A stretch of DNA of 40,000 bases from an uncultured Acidobacteriota bacterium. GTDB lineage: Bacteria; Acidobacteriota; Terriglobia; Acidiferrales; UBA7541. Made by a program: the position numbers and the translations under genes. The stretch spans positions 324,435 through 364,434 of the forward strand of contig CAWESU010000003.1 of the NCBI GenBank assembly GCA_963811805.1. Reading direction: 5' to 3'. The stretch's first letter is position 1; each line of letters begins with the position of its first letter. Of this stretch, positions 17,791 to 27,457 are shown piece by piece. The notes under the pieces are model-generated. The model searched no databases and was not told the DNA's origin. It was given only the letters and a program-made list of their open reading frames with translations.

Positions 17791-17824
17791 GGCGCTCGAT
17801 TTTCATTCGAGCGCCTTTTGTTTT
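17791..17824 (+). terminator. rho-independent terminator
   Basis: GGCGCTCGA (17791-99) pairs with TCGAGCGCC (17807-15), with a 7-nt loop, followed by TTTTGTTTT. Confidence 0.7.
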
Positions 17825-17838
17825 ATGCTGTCGCCCGA

Positions 17839-18429
17839 ATGCTACGCACAAGACCAGTGCAGTTATGCCTATTTGGTGTGCTCGCTCTATACATGGTTGA
17901 GGCTGAAGGTATCTCGGGGCAGAAGAATAGAGAGCAGGCTGGCTTTGGCTCCGAAGCGGATGTGCCTGGCGAGGTATTCATCGAGAAGCCGGTCGAGATT
18001 TCGGATGGTGCTTTACAAACCCTGAAGGGCGCACCACGTATCGAGAGCTGCCTCGAAAGCGGAACGATGCGGGGAGAAGTGCAAGGCGCATGGTTTTTGG
18101 GTTCAGAAATTCACTTAAGTACACCGCACGAAGCCGACCTCGTCGTGTTGCCCAACACGCCCCGTCTCGTGGCGCGCCAGTTTCCTGTAAAAGTATTTAC
18201 CTGCATGCTCGGCGCTCATGGCGGCTGGTTCTGGGTTCTCAGAGGCAAGACCGGAAAATATCAATTGCTCCTCGAAACGTTCGCCGACGCTCTGGAGGTA
18301 TTGAACTCTAAAACGAATGAGTATCGTGACATCCAGACTGATTCGGCCACCGGCGTGTCGCACACGACATTGATCTTCAAATTCGATGGACACCGGTACA
18401 AACTCTTCCAAAGAAAAGACACAAATTGA
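17839..18429 (+). CDS. hypothetical exported protein
   Basis: ATG 17839 (MLRTRPVQLCLFGVLALYMVEAEG) is preferred because track start 17818 lies inside the terminator T-tract. No recognisable domain. Confidence 0.5.
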   Translation: MLRTRPVQLCLFGVLALYMVEAEGISGQKNREQAGFGSEADVPGEVFIEKPVEISDGALQTLKGAPRIESCLESGTMRGEVQGAWFLGSEIHLSTPHEADLVVLPNTPRLVARQFPVKVFTCMLGAHGGWFWVLRGKTGKYQLLLETFADALEVLNSKTNEYRDIQTDSATGVSHTTLIFKFDGHRYKLFQRKDTN

Positions 18430-18570
18430 CCTTCGTTTAGCATGGGCCTATCGGCGCTCATGAGATAGATGGATCGTCCCAAGCTCTTCCTATTCGCGCT
18501 GCCTTGTGCGCGATGTCTTCGCTTTCGGTTTTTCGAGTTTCGCTTTTCGAATTTCGTTTTGCCTTTTCTC

Positions 18571-18640
18571 GTCACTAGCCACTCGCCACTGGCTTTGAGC
18601 CGGCTCGTCACTCGCCACTAGCCACTAGCCACTAGCCACT
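18571..18640. repeat. degenerate heptamer tandem repeat (GCCACTA and variants)
   Basis: GTCACTAGCCACTCGCCACTGG ... GTCACTCGCCACTAGCCACTAGCCACTAGCCACTG. There are four near-perfect GCCACTA units at 18614-18640. Confidence 0.75.
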
Positions 18641-18666
18641 GTTTTTCGGTATCCTGATTCTTCGCA

Positions 18667-20304
18667 ATGAAAATCGCTCTAGCCCAGTTCAACCCAACCG
18701 TCGGCGACTTCTCCGGCAATTCCGTGCGTATGCTGGAAATGGCCGCCTCCGCAAAATCGCGCGCCGCCGACCTCGTCATTTTCTCCGAGCTGTGCCTCTG
18801 CGGCTATCCGCCTCAGGATCTGGTCGAGCGCCCCGCCTTCCTCGAACGCAATCAGAAATTCCTCGCCGCCCTCGCCACCGAAATGCCCATGCCCGCCATC
18901 GTCGGCTACGTCGGCAAAGCCCAGGTCGACACCGGCAAGCCCGCCGCCAACTGCGCCGCTCTCCTCGCCGACGGAAAAATTGTCTTCAAGCAGCGCAAAA
19001 TGCTCCTTCCCACCTACGATGTCTTCGACGAGTCCCGCTATTTTCAGCCCGCCACGTCGCAATCCAATTTCCCCTTCGAAGGCCAGCAGCTCGGCATCAC
19101 CATCTGCGAAGACGCCTGGAACGACAAGGATTTCTGGAAGCAGCGCCTCTACGATCGCGATCCCGTCACTGAACTCACCAGCCAGGGATCGAACATCCTC
19201 ATCAACATCTCCGCTTCTCCCTACAATCTCGATAAGCGCAGCCTCCGCATGGACATGCTACGCACCCTCGCGCGCCACCATAAAATGCCCGTCGTATACG
19301 TCAACCAGGTCGGCGGCAACGACAGCCTTGTCTTCGACGGCTCCAGTTTCGCCTTCGACGCCGCCGGCAATCTCGCCGCGCTCGCGCACTCCTTCGAAGA
19401 AGACCTGATCATTTTCGATTCAGCCTCCGGCACCGGCGACATTCGCCCGCAGCCCAGCGACGAACTCGACGCCGCCTACCGCGCTCTCGTCTGCGGCACC
19501 CGCGACTACGTCCGCAAATGCGGCTTCCGCAACGTCGTCATCGGCCTCAGCGGCGGAATCGATTCCGCCCTCGTCGCCGCCATCGCCGTCGACGCCCTCG
19601 GCCCGGAAAACGTCCGCGGCGTCACCATGCCCAGTCCGTATTCTTCCAAGGGCAGCCTCGTCGACTCCGCGCGCCTCGCCGAAAATCTCAACATCCAATA
19701 CTCTGTGATTCCCATCGACGAAATCTTTCAGTCCTATCGCAAAGCCCTCTGCGCCGCATTCGCCGGCCAAAAAGACGACGTCACCGAGGAAAACATCCAG
19801 GCGCGCATTCGCGGCAACCTGCTCATGGCGCTCTCCAACAAATTCGGCTCCATGGTTCTCAGCACCGGCAACAAATCCGAATACGCCGTCGGCTACAGCA
19901 CCCTCTACGGAGACATGGCCGGCGGCCTCGCGGTCATCTCCGACGTCCCCAAGAGCATGGTCTACGAGCTCGCGCGCCTCGTGAATCGCAGAAGGGAACT
20001 GATCCCCCAGGCGACCATCACCAAGCCGCCCTCGGCCGAGCTTCGCCCCAATCAGACCGATCAGGATTCCCTCCCGCCCTACGACGTTCTCGACCGCATC
20101 ATCAAAGCCTACGTCGAGGACCTCCGCACCCCCGAGGAAATCTCCAGCCACTATGAATTTCCGCTCGAGCTCGTCCGCAACGTCGCCCGCATGGTCGATC
20201 GCAGCGAATACAAACGCAAGCAAGCCCCCCCGGGCCTCAAAATCACATCGAAGGCCTTCTCCGTCGGCCGCCGCTTCCCCCTCGCCAACAAATTCATTCC
20301 GTAA
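18667..20304 (+). CDS. nadE: glutamine-dependent NAD+ synthetase
   Basis: 545 aa. N-terminal nitrilase/CN-hydrolase domain (MKIALAQFNP, FSELCLCGYPP, GITICED) plus a C-terminal synthetase domain with SGGIDS PP-loop. Confidence 0.9.
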   Translation: MKIALAQFNPTVGDFSGNSVRMLEMAASAKSRAADLVIFSELCLCGYPPQDLVERPAFLERNQKFLAALATEMPMPAIVGYVGKAQVDTGKPAANCAALLADGKIVFKQRKMLLPTYDVFDESRYFQPATSQSNFPFEGQQLGITICEDAWNDKDFWKQRLYDRDPVTELTSQGSNILINISASPYNLDKRSLRMDMLRTLARHHKMPVVYVNQVGGNDSLVFDGSSFAFDAAGNLAALAHSFEEDLIIFDSASGTGDIRPQPSDELDAAYRALVCGTRDYVRKCGFRNVVIGLSGGIDSALVAAIAVDALGPENVRGVTMPSPYSSKGSLVDSARLAENLNIQYSVIPIDEIFQSYRKALCAAFAGQKDDVTEENIQARIRGNLLMALSNKFGSMVLSTGNKSEYAVGYSTLYGDMAGGLAVISDVPKSMVYELARLVNRRRELIPQATITKPPSAELRPNQTDQDSLPPYDVLDRIIKAYVEDLRTPEEISSHYEFPLELVRNVARMVDRSEYKRKQAPPGLKITSKAFSVGRRFPLANKFIP

Positions 20305-20357
20305 GCCTACACTTACCGAACATCGCACTCGTCATCCGCTTTTGTTTTGCCTTAGGT

Positions 20358-20922
20358 GTCATTCTGAGCGGAGCGCTCTTCGCGCAGCGAAGAATCTCGC
20401 CTCGGCCTCTTCTTAGTCTGTCATTCCGAACCCGTTCGCGTCTTCTGCGACCGGTGTGAGGTCCGCCGTTTGGACTCCGGTGAAGTCCAGCGGACTTCCG
20501 AAACCGGAGAATCTGCTTTTCGCCTTCGTAGGGGCGGGGCTTCAGCCGGGCCCTCCGTTGTTTTGGGTGTCATCCTGAGGAGCGCATTCTGCGACGAAGG
20601 ATCTCGCCTCGACTCTTTTGCTTTGTCCGTTGCCTTGGTAGGGGCGGGGCTTGCCCCGCCCGGCGCGACTCGCGGAGTCGCGAAAACTCCCCAATCTGCG
20701 GTCCAGAGCCCAGTCGCGCCTTGTCATTCCCAGCGAGGATGCGATGAGCATCCGACGAGGAACCTGCTTTTCGCTTTTCTCGGAGTGCAGCGGTCCGCTT
20801 TGCCTCTTGCTGTTGTAGGGGCGGGCTTCAGCCCCGCCCGTTGCTGCTCTTGTTTTGCCCTTGGTTTGTCTTGGGTGTCATTCTGAGCGGAGCGCTCCTC
20901 GCGCAGCGAAGAATCTCGCCTC
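20358..20922. repeat. cluster of two interleaved intergenic repeat families (REP/MITE-like)
   Basis: Family A: 20358-20403 and 20877-20922 are identical at 45 of 46 positions (GTCATTCTGAGCGGAGCGCTCyTCGCGCAGCGAAGAATCTCGCCTC); diverged copies lie at 20568-20610, about 20420 and about 20723. Family B consists of GC hairpins GTAGGGGCGGGGCTT(CA)GCCCCGCCC at 20528, 20638 and 20815. Confidence 0.8.
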
Positions 20923-20965
20923 AAACCTCTCCTGCGGATCCATCCTTCTGGAGGCGTTTGCCAGC

Positions 20966-21674
20966 TTAATTGATTGTAAACGCAGCATCGAACGAGTACT
21001 GCTGTCCGTCGGGATTGGTCACAGTGACTTGCACAGAGCCATTCGGCAGGGATGGCACAGTCACCTGCAGAGTCATAGAATCAACGAAAGTTGAAACGGC
21101 AGCCGAATTGCCAAACATCACCGTCGCACCGCTTTGAAAACCGCTGCCACGGATCGTGACCTGCGTGCCAGTCGCTGCGGATGCGGGATTCACTGACGCG
21201 ACGCTCAATGGAGCAGCTGCAAGTTGTGCCACTGTAATGCCCGATTGTGTGATTACAAAGATTTTGGTTCCTGTTTCATCTAATGCCAGTTCGTTCAAAG
21301 TATCGGCTGTTCCTTCTGGCAGCCGGATGCGCAATGCGAGGCGCCCGCTGTGCACGTCGAAGATGTCAACGTTCGACGTAACCCCCGACCCTGTGCGGGG
21401 GACGATCAGCAAACTGCCAGATGGATTCAACGCTTCCGAATGCGGATCCTCCGCTTCCAGAGAATTCAGCGTAAAGTAATACTCAATCTCCCCCACACTC
21501 AGCGAGCCAAGTTGCCCATCGAAAGTTCCGAACCCAGCCGAGAAAATATTATCGTCAGCGTCGGCAGCAGCGCTGGTTGGATTTGAGCCTCCGTTCGGGA
21601 GCCCTTGCCCCGTTGTCAGCGAACTATTGGATAGGTTGAGCAGGGCAACCTGCGTCGAGCCACTGGTGAAAAAC
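20966..21674 (-). pseudogene. 3' fragment of IS-disrupted IPT/TIG beta-propeller lipoprotein gene
   Basis: Translation from the IS junction runs FTSGSTQVALLNLSN...SVASVNPASAATGTQVTIRGSGFQSGATVMFG...FTIN*. C-terminal IPT/TIG domain. Same frame as the 5' fragment once the IS is removed. Confidence 0.8.
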
Positions 21675-23107
21675 AGAAGTTGTCCCGCCTTTAGTTGAAA
21701 CCTAAAAAAGGAAGCAGCGGCTCTCGACCCGAACTCGGATAGAGTTCGGGTTGCAAACTCTATTTTCAGAGGAGAGCCGCTGTGAGGAAAACCTATCAGG
21801 GAATGAAAGACAAGTGCAAGGAGAAGTTCGAAGTGCTTGGCAAGCGGGAGTTGCTGGAGGTGCCGCTGCCGATGGTCGAAGTGTGGGAGGAGCTGCAAGC
21901 CCAGGTGGAGCAGTTGACCGGGGCAGCGGGGCTGCGCATCATCGGCACGATTCTGGAAAACGAAGTGACCCGGCGCGTGGGACCGCCACACCGGCCGGAT
22001 CCGGTGTCGGGTGCCGTGCGTTGGGGGCGCCAGCCGGGTTACGTGGTGTTTGGCGGACAGAAAGTAGCCGTGGAACGTCCGCGGGTGCGCACACGAGAAG
22101 GTCAAGAAGTGGAGCTGGACAGTTACGCGCGGTTGCAGCACGACGGACGGCGGCAGCGCGCGGTGCGCGAAGGCATCGTCGCGGGACTGACCTCACGGAA
22201 CTATCGCCGCGCGGTGCAAAGCGTGGTGGATGGCTACGGGATCGAGAAGTCCAGCGTGAGCCGGGAGTTCGTAGCGGCCAGCGTGGCGCAGTTAAAAGAA
22301 CTCTGTGAGAAGAAACTCGACGGCGTGGACCTGGTGGCCATCCTGATCGACGGGATTCATCTCGGCAAACAAGTGCTGGTGGTGGCGCTGGGCATTGAAA
22401 TCAGCGGAGAAAAACACGTTCTGGGGCTGTGGCAAGGGGCGACAGAGAACACTACGGTAGTGAAGGAGTTGCTGGAGGACCTGGTGGTACGCGGCCTCGA
22501 TCCCGAGCGGCGTTACTTGTTCGTGATCGACGGAGCGAAAGCGTTGCGCGCGGGGATCGAGCGGGTGTTCGGCGAACGCGCCGAAGTGCAGCGCTGCCAG
22601 ATCCACAAGCGGCGGAACGTAAAAGAACATCTGCCGCAGAGCGCCCAGGGCGATACGGACCGGAGAATCCGCAACGCCTATGCGATGACCGAGTACGCGG
22701 CGGCCAAAGCGGAACTCGAGAAAATCTTCCGGCAACTGGAGCGCATCAACCCCAGCGCGGCACGGAGCCTCGAAGAAGGGCTGGAAGAAACCCTCACCGT
22801 GCACCGGCTCGGTGTGGGAACCCTGTTGCGGAGAACGCTGTCCTCAACCAATCCCATCGAGTCGTGCCTTTCGACCGTCGAGAAAGTAGCGCGCAACGTA
22901 AAACGCTGGCGTCAAGGAGAGCAAGCCTTGCGCTGGACGGCCACCGGGTTGTTGGAAGCGCAAAAGAAATTCCGGCGAGTGAAAGGCTACCGGGAACTGG
23001 AACTCTTGCATCGCCGGATGAACCCGTCGTTGACTCAACAGGAACAGGTCGCGTAACGTGCAGAAAGTCGAGAGCCGCTGCTTTCAACTAGAACTGGGAC
23101 AACTTCT
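21675..23107 (+). mobile_element. IS256-family insertion sequence (1433 bp)
   Basis: Terminal inverted repeats: AGAAGTTGTCCCGCCTTTAGTTGAAA on the left, and the reverse complement of the right end AGAAGTTGTCCCAGTTCTAGTTGAAA. A 15-nt subterminal match GCAGCGGCTCTCGAC is also present. Flanking direct repeat GAAAAAC at 21668-74 and 23108-14. Single transposase ORF. Confidence 0.85.
21782..23056 (+). CDS. IS256-family (Mutator-like) transposase
   Basis: 424 aa. ILIDGIHLG and FVIDGAKAL acidic blocks, plus VQRCQIHKRRNVKEHLP (the C-x2-H..RN signature of IS256 transposases). Alternative ATG at 21803. Confidence 0.85.
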   Translation: MRKTYQGMKDKCKEKFEVLGKRELLEVPLPMVEVWEELQAQVEQLTGAAGLRIIGTILENEVTRRVGPPHRPDPVSGAVRWGRQPGYVVFGGQKVAVERPRVRTREGQEVELDSYARLQHDGRRQRAVREGIVAGLTSRNYRRAVQSVVDGYGIEKSSVSREFVAASVAQLKELCEKKLDGVDLVAILIDGIHLGKQVLVVALGIEISGEKHVLGLWQGATENTTVVKELLEDLVVRGLDPERRYLFVIDGAKALRAGIERVFGERAEVQRCQIHKRRNVKEHLPQSAQGDTDRRIRNAYAMTEYAAAKAELEKIFRQLERINPSAARSLEEGLEETLTVHRLGVGTLLRRTLSSTNPIESCLSTVEKVARNVKRWRQGEQALRWTATGLLEAQKKFRRVKGYRELELLHRRMNPSLTQQEQVA

Positions 23108-26047
23108 GAAAAACACCCAGGAGCCATCCGGACTTGACGCCATCCCTTCAGGAGTAAAGCCGATAGCGAGGTTCGTGCCAGTCGCATCACATCCTGGGAC
23201 CCCTGTGCAGCTGATAACCCCTGTGTCCAGATTAAGTACGTGGGTAACGACACTGGTGCTAGAACTGGAGCATCGTACATTTTCGACAATCCGATGAGGA
23301 GCCAATGAAGTCAGCGACTGGGCTTGCCCAAAGCAAGCTTCATCCTGTGATGTTAGGGCAGTTTCCGTGCTTATGACGGCACTTGTGCTCGGATTGATTA
23401 CCGAAACCGTGTCGTCGGTGGAGTTCAGCACAGCAAGCTCGGTACCATCTGGCGTCAGGGCCATGTATGTTGGGTTGTTGCCAACCGTTATCGGAGACAA
23501 GAAAGTATTCGTCGTTAGATCAAAAAGCTCGACAAGATTATGGTCAGTGTTCGCGACGTATAACCGTTGTCGCTGCTGGTCGTACACGATACTGTTTAGC
23601 TGGCCCGCAAGTGGGTATACCTGAGCATTTGCTAGGTAGTTGACACCGCCAGGGAGCGTTGTCGACCCATAAAAGGTAGTCACCGTGACATCCGCGCTTC
23701 CGGGCGTGCCAGGCGGCACGGTTACCTGCATGGTCTCTAGCGGCGTCAGCCCACCCGTATCATTGGCCAGCGGTGCAATGCCCACAATTCCGGCTGCCTG
23801 TCCCCCGATAGTTACTGTCGTCGGTGTAACGCCAATGGTCTTGAAGCCGTAGCCGTAAATGTTTATCGTGGTCTGACCCGAAGACGGAACGGCACTTGGA
23901 TCGACCGCGACGATTGTCGGTCCGTAATTGACGGCATCCGGAAGAATCTGGTACCACCCATCCGATCGCACCACCGTGACGTTGGCCGGTCCCAGGGCGC
24001 TTCCCTTCGGGAGGAGCAGATCGAGTTCCTCGGGAGATTTCACCGAAAGTTCAGTGGCAGCAGATGTTTGCGGCGAAGCCGGCGGCGCGCCCACGAAAAC
24101 CGAATAGTTGGAATTTTGATCAAAGCCGTTCCCAATAATGGCCGAGCTTTCAGGATTGGACAGACTGCCCGTAGAAGGGCAAAGCACATTTGGAAAACTG
24201 AAACTTGGCACCGGGGGAAAGGTGGTGCCGGGCTGGATCGGCATGCTGTTTTCCATGCACGCATCCGTTGCCGGGAACCCAGACGGTTCGAGAGAGGTGT
24301 CCGGTACCAGCTCTCCGGGATCGCTTGCGTCAGTCACTGCGAGCCCCAAGGAAGCCGTCCCGAAAATCATTCCCGTTTCATCAATGGCTAGGGGATCCGT
24401 CGCATACTGTTGCATCATCAAGAACAGGCCCTTTGGTGCCAACGTAGTGGCGTCGTAAGCAGCTCCAATATTGCCGAATCCTCCGTTGGCCTCTGAAAAT
24501 AGGGCGTATAGAGTGGTGCCATCTAAACTGAAGATGCTATACCCCGGGTAGTCAGGATTGCCGCCGAGCCACGAAGAAAGAAGGTTGAATTGGCTGTCAT
24601 AAAGATACAGTCCACTCACACCGCTAGGCCCGCTTCCCAAGACAGCAACTCTTGAGCCGTCTGGACTCAATGAAAAAGTCCCTCCACTTTGGAGGTTGGA
24701 ATTCGAATAAGGGACACTATAACTATTCGAAGTGGCGTTATAGAGAACAGCCACTGGCGAATAGCCAGATTGAGACGAAAGCACCACCGTTGTGCGGTCA
24801 GCGCTGCGCGCAAGAAAAAAAGGCCCTCCAAGCGGAGATGGAAAGTTGGGCGGATCGTCCGGCGTGATTGTTTCCGCAGTTGGACTCCATAAGAAGACGT
24901 GGCCGCCCTGTGCATTTAGAACAAGCACGTTGCCCGTCGACAGAGCAACGACCCCGACAGGCGTGGCCTCTAGATTCCCGGTGGTTGGCACTAGCTCCGA
25001 GCCGGTGACCTGATACGATGTCGGATCAAGGGTAAAAACCTTGGAAAGGCTGCCCACAAATACATTCGAACCATCGGCAGACTCATCGATAGCATCCGGC
25101 TGTTCCACGGGGATTGTGGCAATCAAATGCTGGTCGGTCGACGACAGGACGACGACCTCATTGAGATCGGGAAGCGTCGCAAAAACCAGCTTTCTAGCGG
25201 AGTCATAGACTGCGCCCCCGGGATTGTCATCTGTCCCAACAAAATTGCTTCTCGTTGCTGCTGTGATTGCCGGAAAGGGCGAAGTCACAGTGACATTCAG
25301 GATCGCCGTGCTCGAATCGCCCGCGTTGGTGGTCGCAGTTATAAACACCGGCGCGTTGGTGATAGGCAAAGAATCGATGTTCGCGTAGAACGTGACAGTG
25401 AAAGGACCGGGTTCGCTGCCGGCTACGAAGGGATTATCGAGTTCCGGCTGCACAGGTACCGTGGAGAATTCCAGGGACACATCGGGGGACGGTGTTGTGT
25501 TGGAATTCATCGTAACTTGGACACCACCACTGCCCCCAGCTTCGAGAGAGAGCTGGTTTGACGATAGACTTATCTGAAATGGTGCCGCCGACGAAATGTT
25601 AAGTGGAAGCGACGTCGTGTGACTTACGAATCCATTTGCACTAGCTATGTTGAGATTTAGCTGACCAGTTGCTGCTGCCGAGGTTGCGGCAATCAAGACA
25701 GTAACGACATCACTGGGGGAATTTAGTGTAATTGGGCCGCTAGGATAGACCGCAATACCGGCAGGTAAATTCGGAAAAGAAACAGTTACCGTGAACGACG
25801 CGCTGCTTCCCGTGGGGGTTTCTTGCAGAGTGATCGGTTGTGGGCTCCCGCCCTGTTGGAGAGCCACTGTATTGGGCCCTACTGTTAAGGTGAAGTCCGG
25901 AGGAGGCGGAGGCGCAGGAGAAGATTGCGATTGCTGTTGACTTCCTCCACTGCATCCGACGAGAAACCAGCCAACCTGCAACAAAATGAGCAGCGTATGT
26001 CGGAGTCGAGTTGGCGTTCGAGAGGAATTCGCGTGCATATTGCTCAA
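23108..26047 (-). pseudogene. 5' fragment of IS-disrupted IPT/TIG beta-propeller lipoprotein gene
   Basis: Lipoprotein signal LLQVGWFLVGC. Ig-like repeats. YVTN-type propeller repeats (RLYVANTDHNLVELFDLTTNTFLSPITVGNNPTYMALTPDGTELAV). Internal IPT/TIG domain (PTIVAVDPSAVPSSGQTTINIYGYGF). Reading frame runs ...PDGSWVFF into the IS. Confidence 0.8.
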
Positions 26048-26444
26048 GTCATCCTATTCAGGTTTGTTCACGCTACTATACTATAATACCGGGCGGTGTG
26101 TAGGGCTCCCCTCGCACTCTAGCCTGAAAATTATCCGTGTCTCACAAAACGTTGTGACGGGCGCGAAGCTACACCCACAGCGAGATCGAAGTTCAGGCTG
26201 CCGGGCGGTCTCTTCTCTTGCGAGAGTTCCTGCGCGAAACCACAAAAAAAGATCGAACGGCGAGCAGGCAGAGGGGTGGTCCCTTTTTCGCATGCATATA
26301 CGCATACTCCGCATACGTCTGACGGGATAGGAGACAGAAGCCCGCAAAGTTGCACCCCCTGTAAGGCGTTGCGTTTCTTGGAGGGATCGCGTTCAGTAGG
26401 ATTCAGGCTCTGAAAGCATTTCTGGGGGTGGAATAGAAACTAAC

Positions 26445-26612
26445 CTAGCGGCGCTTTCTGGCAAGTGTCTGACGGGCTGCGATCTTTGCCAAACCAAGCA
26501 CGATCCCTGAATTTGTCATCACTGCGTACCGCCAACGTTTCTCAGCCGCGCGCCTTGGCAAATCAAAATCCTCTTGGGTCATCTTCACATTTACCTGAAT
26601 CGTGCGTTTCAT
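26445..26612 (-). CDS. possible ribbon-helix-helix small protein (55 aa, below the ORF-track cutoff)
   Basis: My translation: MKRTIQVNVKMTQEDFDLPRRAAEKRWRYAVMTNSGIVLGLAKIAARQTLARKRR. A beta-strand followed by two helices is compatible with CopG/Arc folds. No partner gene and no clear RBS. Confidence 0.25.
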   Translation of the reverse strand: MKRTIQVNVKMTQEDFDLPRRAAEKRWRYAVMTNSGIVLGLAKIAARQTLARKRR

Positions 26613-26784
26613 GCCTTCTTGTATCTGCTAAACACAGAACGCCAGCAACGTTACTATTCGTACTGAAAATGCTTCCTGTACGTTCGGCCAGCTTACCGCT
26701 TAGGCATTCTGGTGCTCGACAGCGAGTTGACCAAAACGATCCGAGCTACACTGACGCAAGCATCCCACAAGGAGAGATAAACCG

Positions 26785-27402
26785 ATGAAACGGACGCTCG
26801 CAGTTTCAACTACGATCATTTTCATGCTCATGGTTACATCAGCCACTTTCGGACAAAGCACCACCGAGACGAAGAAGGAGCCAGTGAAACCTGTGGCTAA
26901 AACATCGGCTCTAGCAAGGACAGCGCCAAAGGAATCTCCAGATCGCGCTAAACCGGCCCAGTCATTTCACTCGTTGTTTTCCAGGAAACAAAAGGACGAG
27001 CCGGATCAACACGCGCGAGAAGCTCGCGGAGTAGAAGAAGTCCATCCGGCGGCTCGCCCACTTGAACCTCAGCACAGTTTTTACGAAGATCACTTGCAAG
27101 CAGCGCATGCGATTCGCGTTGAGGATCAACTGCATTTCGATGGGCGGCGCTTTGATGATGCCTATTTCGCAGCCAATTTCGGAATAAACCATTCACTCGT
27201 TGTGACGCCCGTCATTGTTCCTGGCGGAGGCACGTATATGTGGTTTGGCTCTTTTTGGTTCTCAGCACCCTCCATGCCAGTGGGATTTGTTTGGACCCGC
27301 CCGGTTTGTATTGAATATGACGCTGTCAACGGCTTTTATTACATGACTGACCTTTCAACCGATCCGCCGACCTTTGTGAAGGTTGAAGCCGTAGTGCAGT
27401 AG
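26785..27402 (+). CDS. hypothetical secreted protein
   Basis: GGAGAG RBS. Signal peptide MKRTLAVSTTIIFMLMVTSATFG. No recognisable domain. Confidence 0.6.
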   Translation: MKRTLAVSTTIIFMLMVTSATFGQSTTETKKEPVKPVAKTSALARTAPKESPDRAKPAQSFHSLFSRKQKDEPDQHAREARGVEEVHPAARPLEPQHSFYEDHLQAAHAIRVEDQLHFDGRRFDDAYFAANFGINHSLVVTPVIVPGGGTYMWFGSFWFSAPSMPVGFVWTRPVCIEYDAVNGFYYMTDLSTDPPTFVKVEAVVQ

Positions 27403-27457
27403 GAGATTCGAGCAGAGGTTCTCAAAATAATCTGCGGAAAACAGGAGAGAAAGAACC

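Noticed and set aside
20470-20886. 138-aa plus-strand ORF, and 69-aa and 66-aa minus-strand ORFs, inside the repeat cluster
   Set aside because: Their translations are just the repeat units read through (VILRSAF.., VGAGLAPPG..). There is no RBS and no domain.
20340-20935. Possible CRISPR array, given a Cas1 gene in the window
   Set aside because: The repeats belong to two different families. They are irregularly spaced and of variable length and sequence. Several are simple GC hairpins, and another copy lies 6 kb away at 14571. The cluster is also 11 kb from cas1. This is REP/MITE-like, not CRISPR.
21675-22141. N-terminal 155 residues of the 391-aa minus-strand ORF (20966..22141)
   Set aside because: This part is read-through antisense into the IS256 element. 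The genuine coding part starts at the IS junction (21674) and continues the frame of the 23108..26047 fragment.
26048-26784. tRNA gene or att site marking an island boundary (also looked at 32201-32262 and 39264-39631)
   Set aside because: By eye I could not find a cloverleaf-compatible sequence or a T-loop GGTTCGAAT-type motif. A tRNAscan-SE/ARAGORN run would be decisive.
26465-26788. 107-aa ORF upstream of the first secreted protein
   Set aside because: It has no RBS and an S/L/P-rich low-information sequence, and it overlaps the better-formed small minus-strand ORF. It is probably non-coding leader or intergenic DNA.
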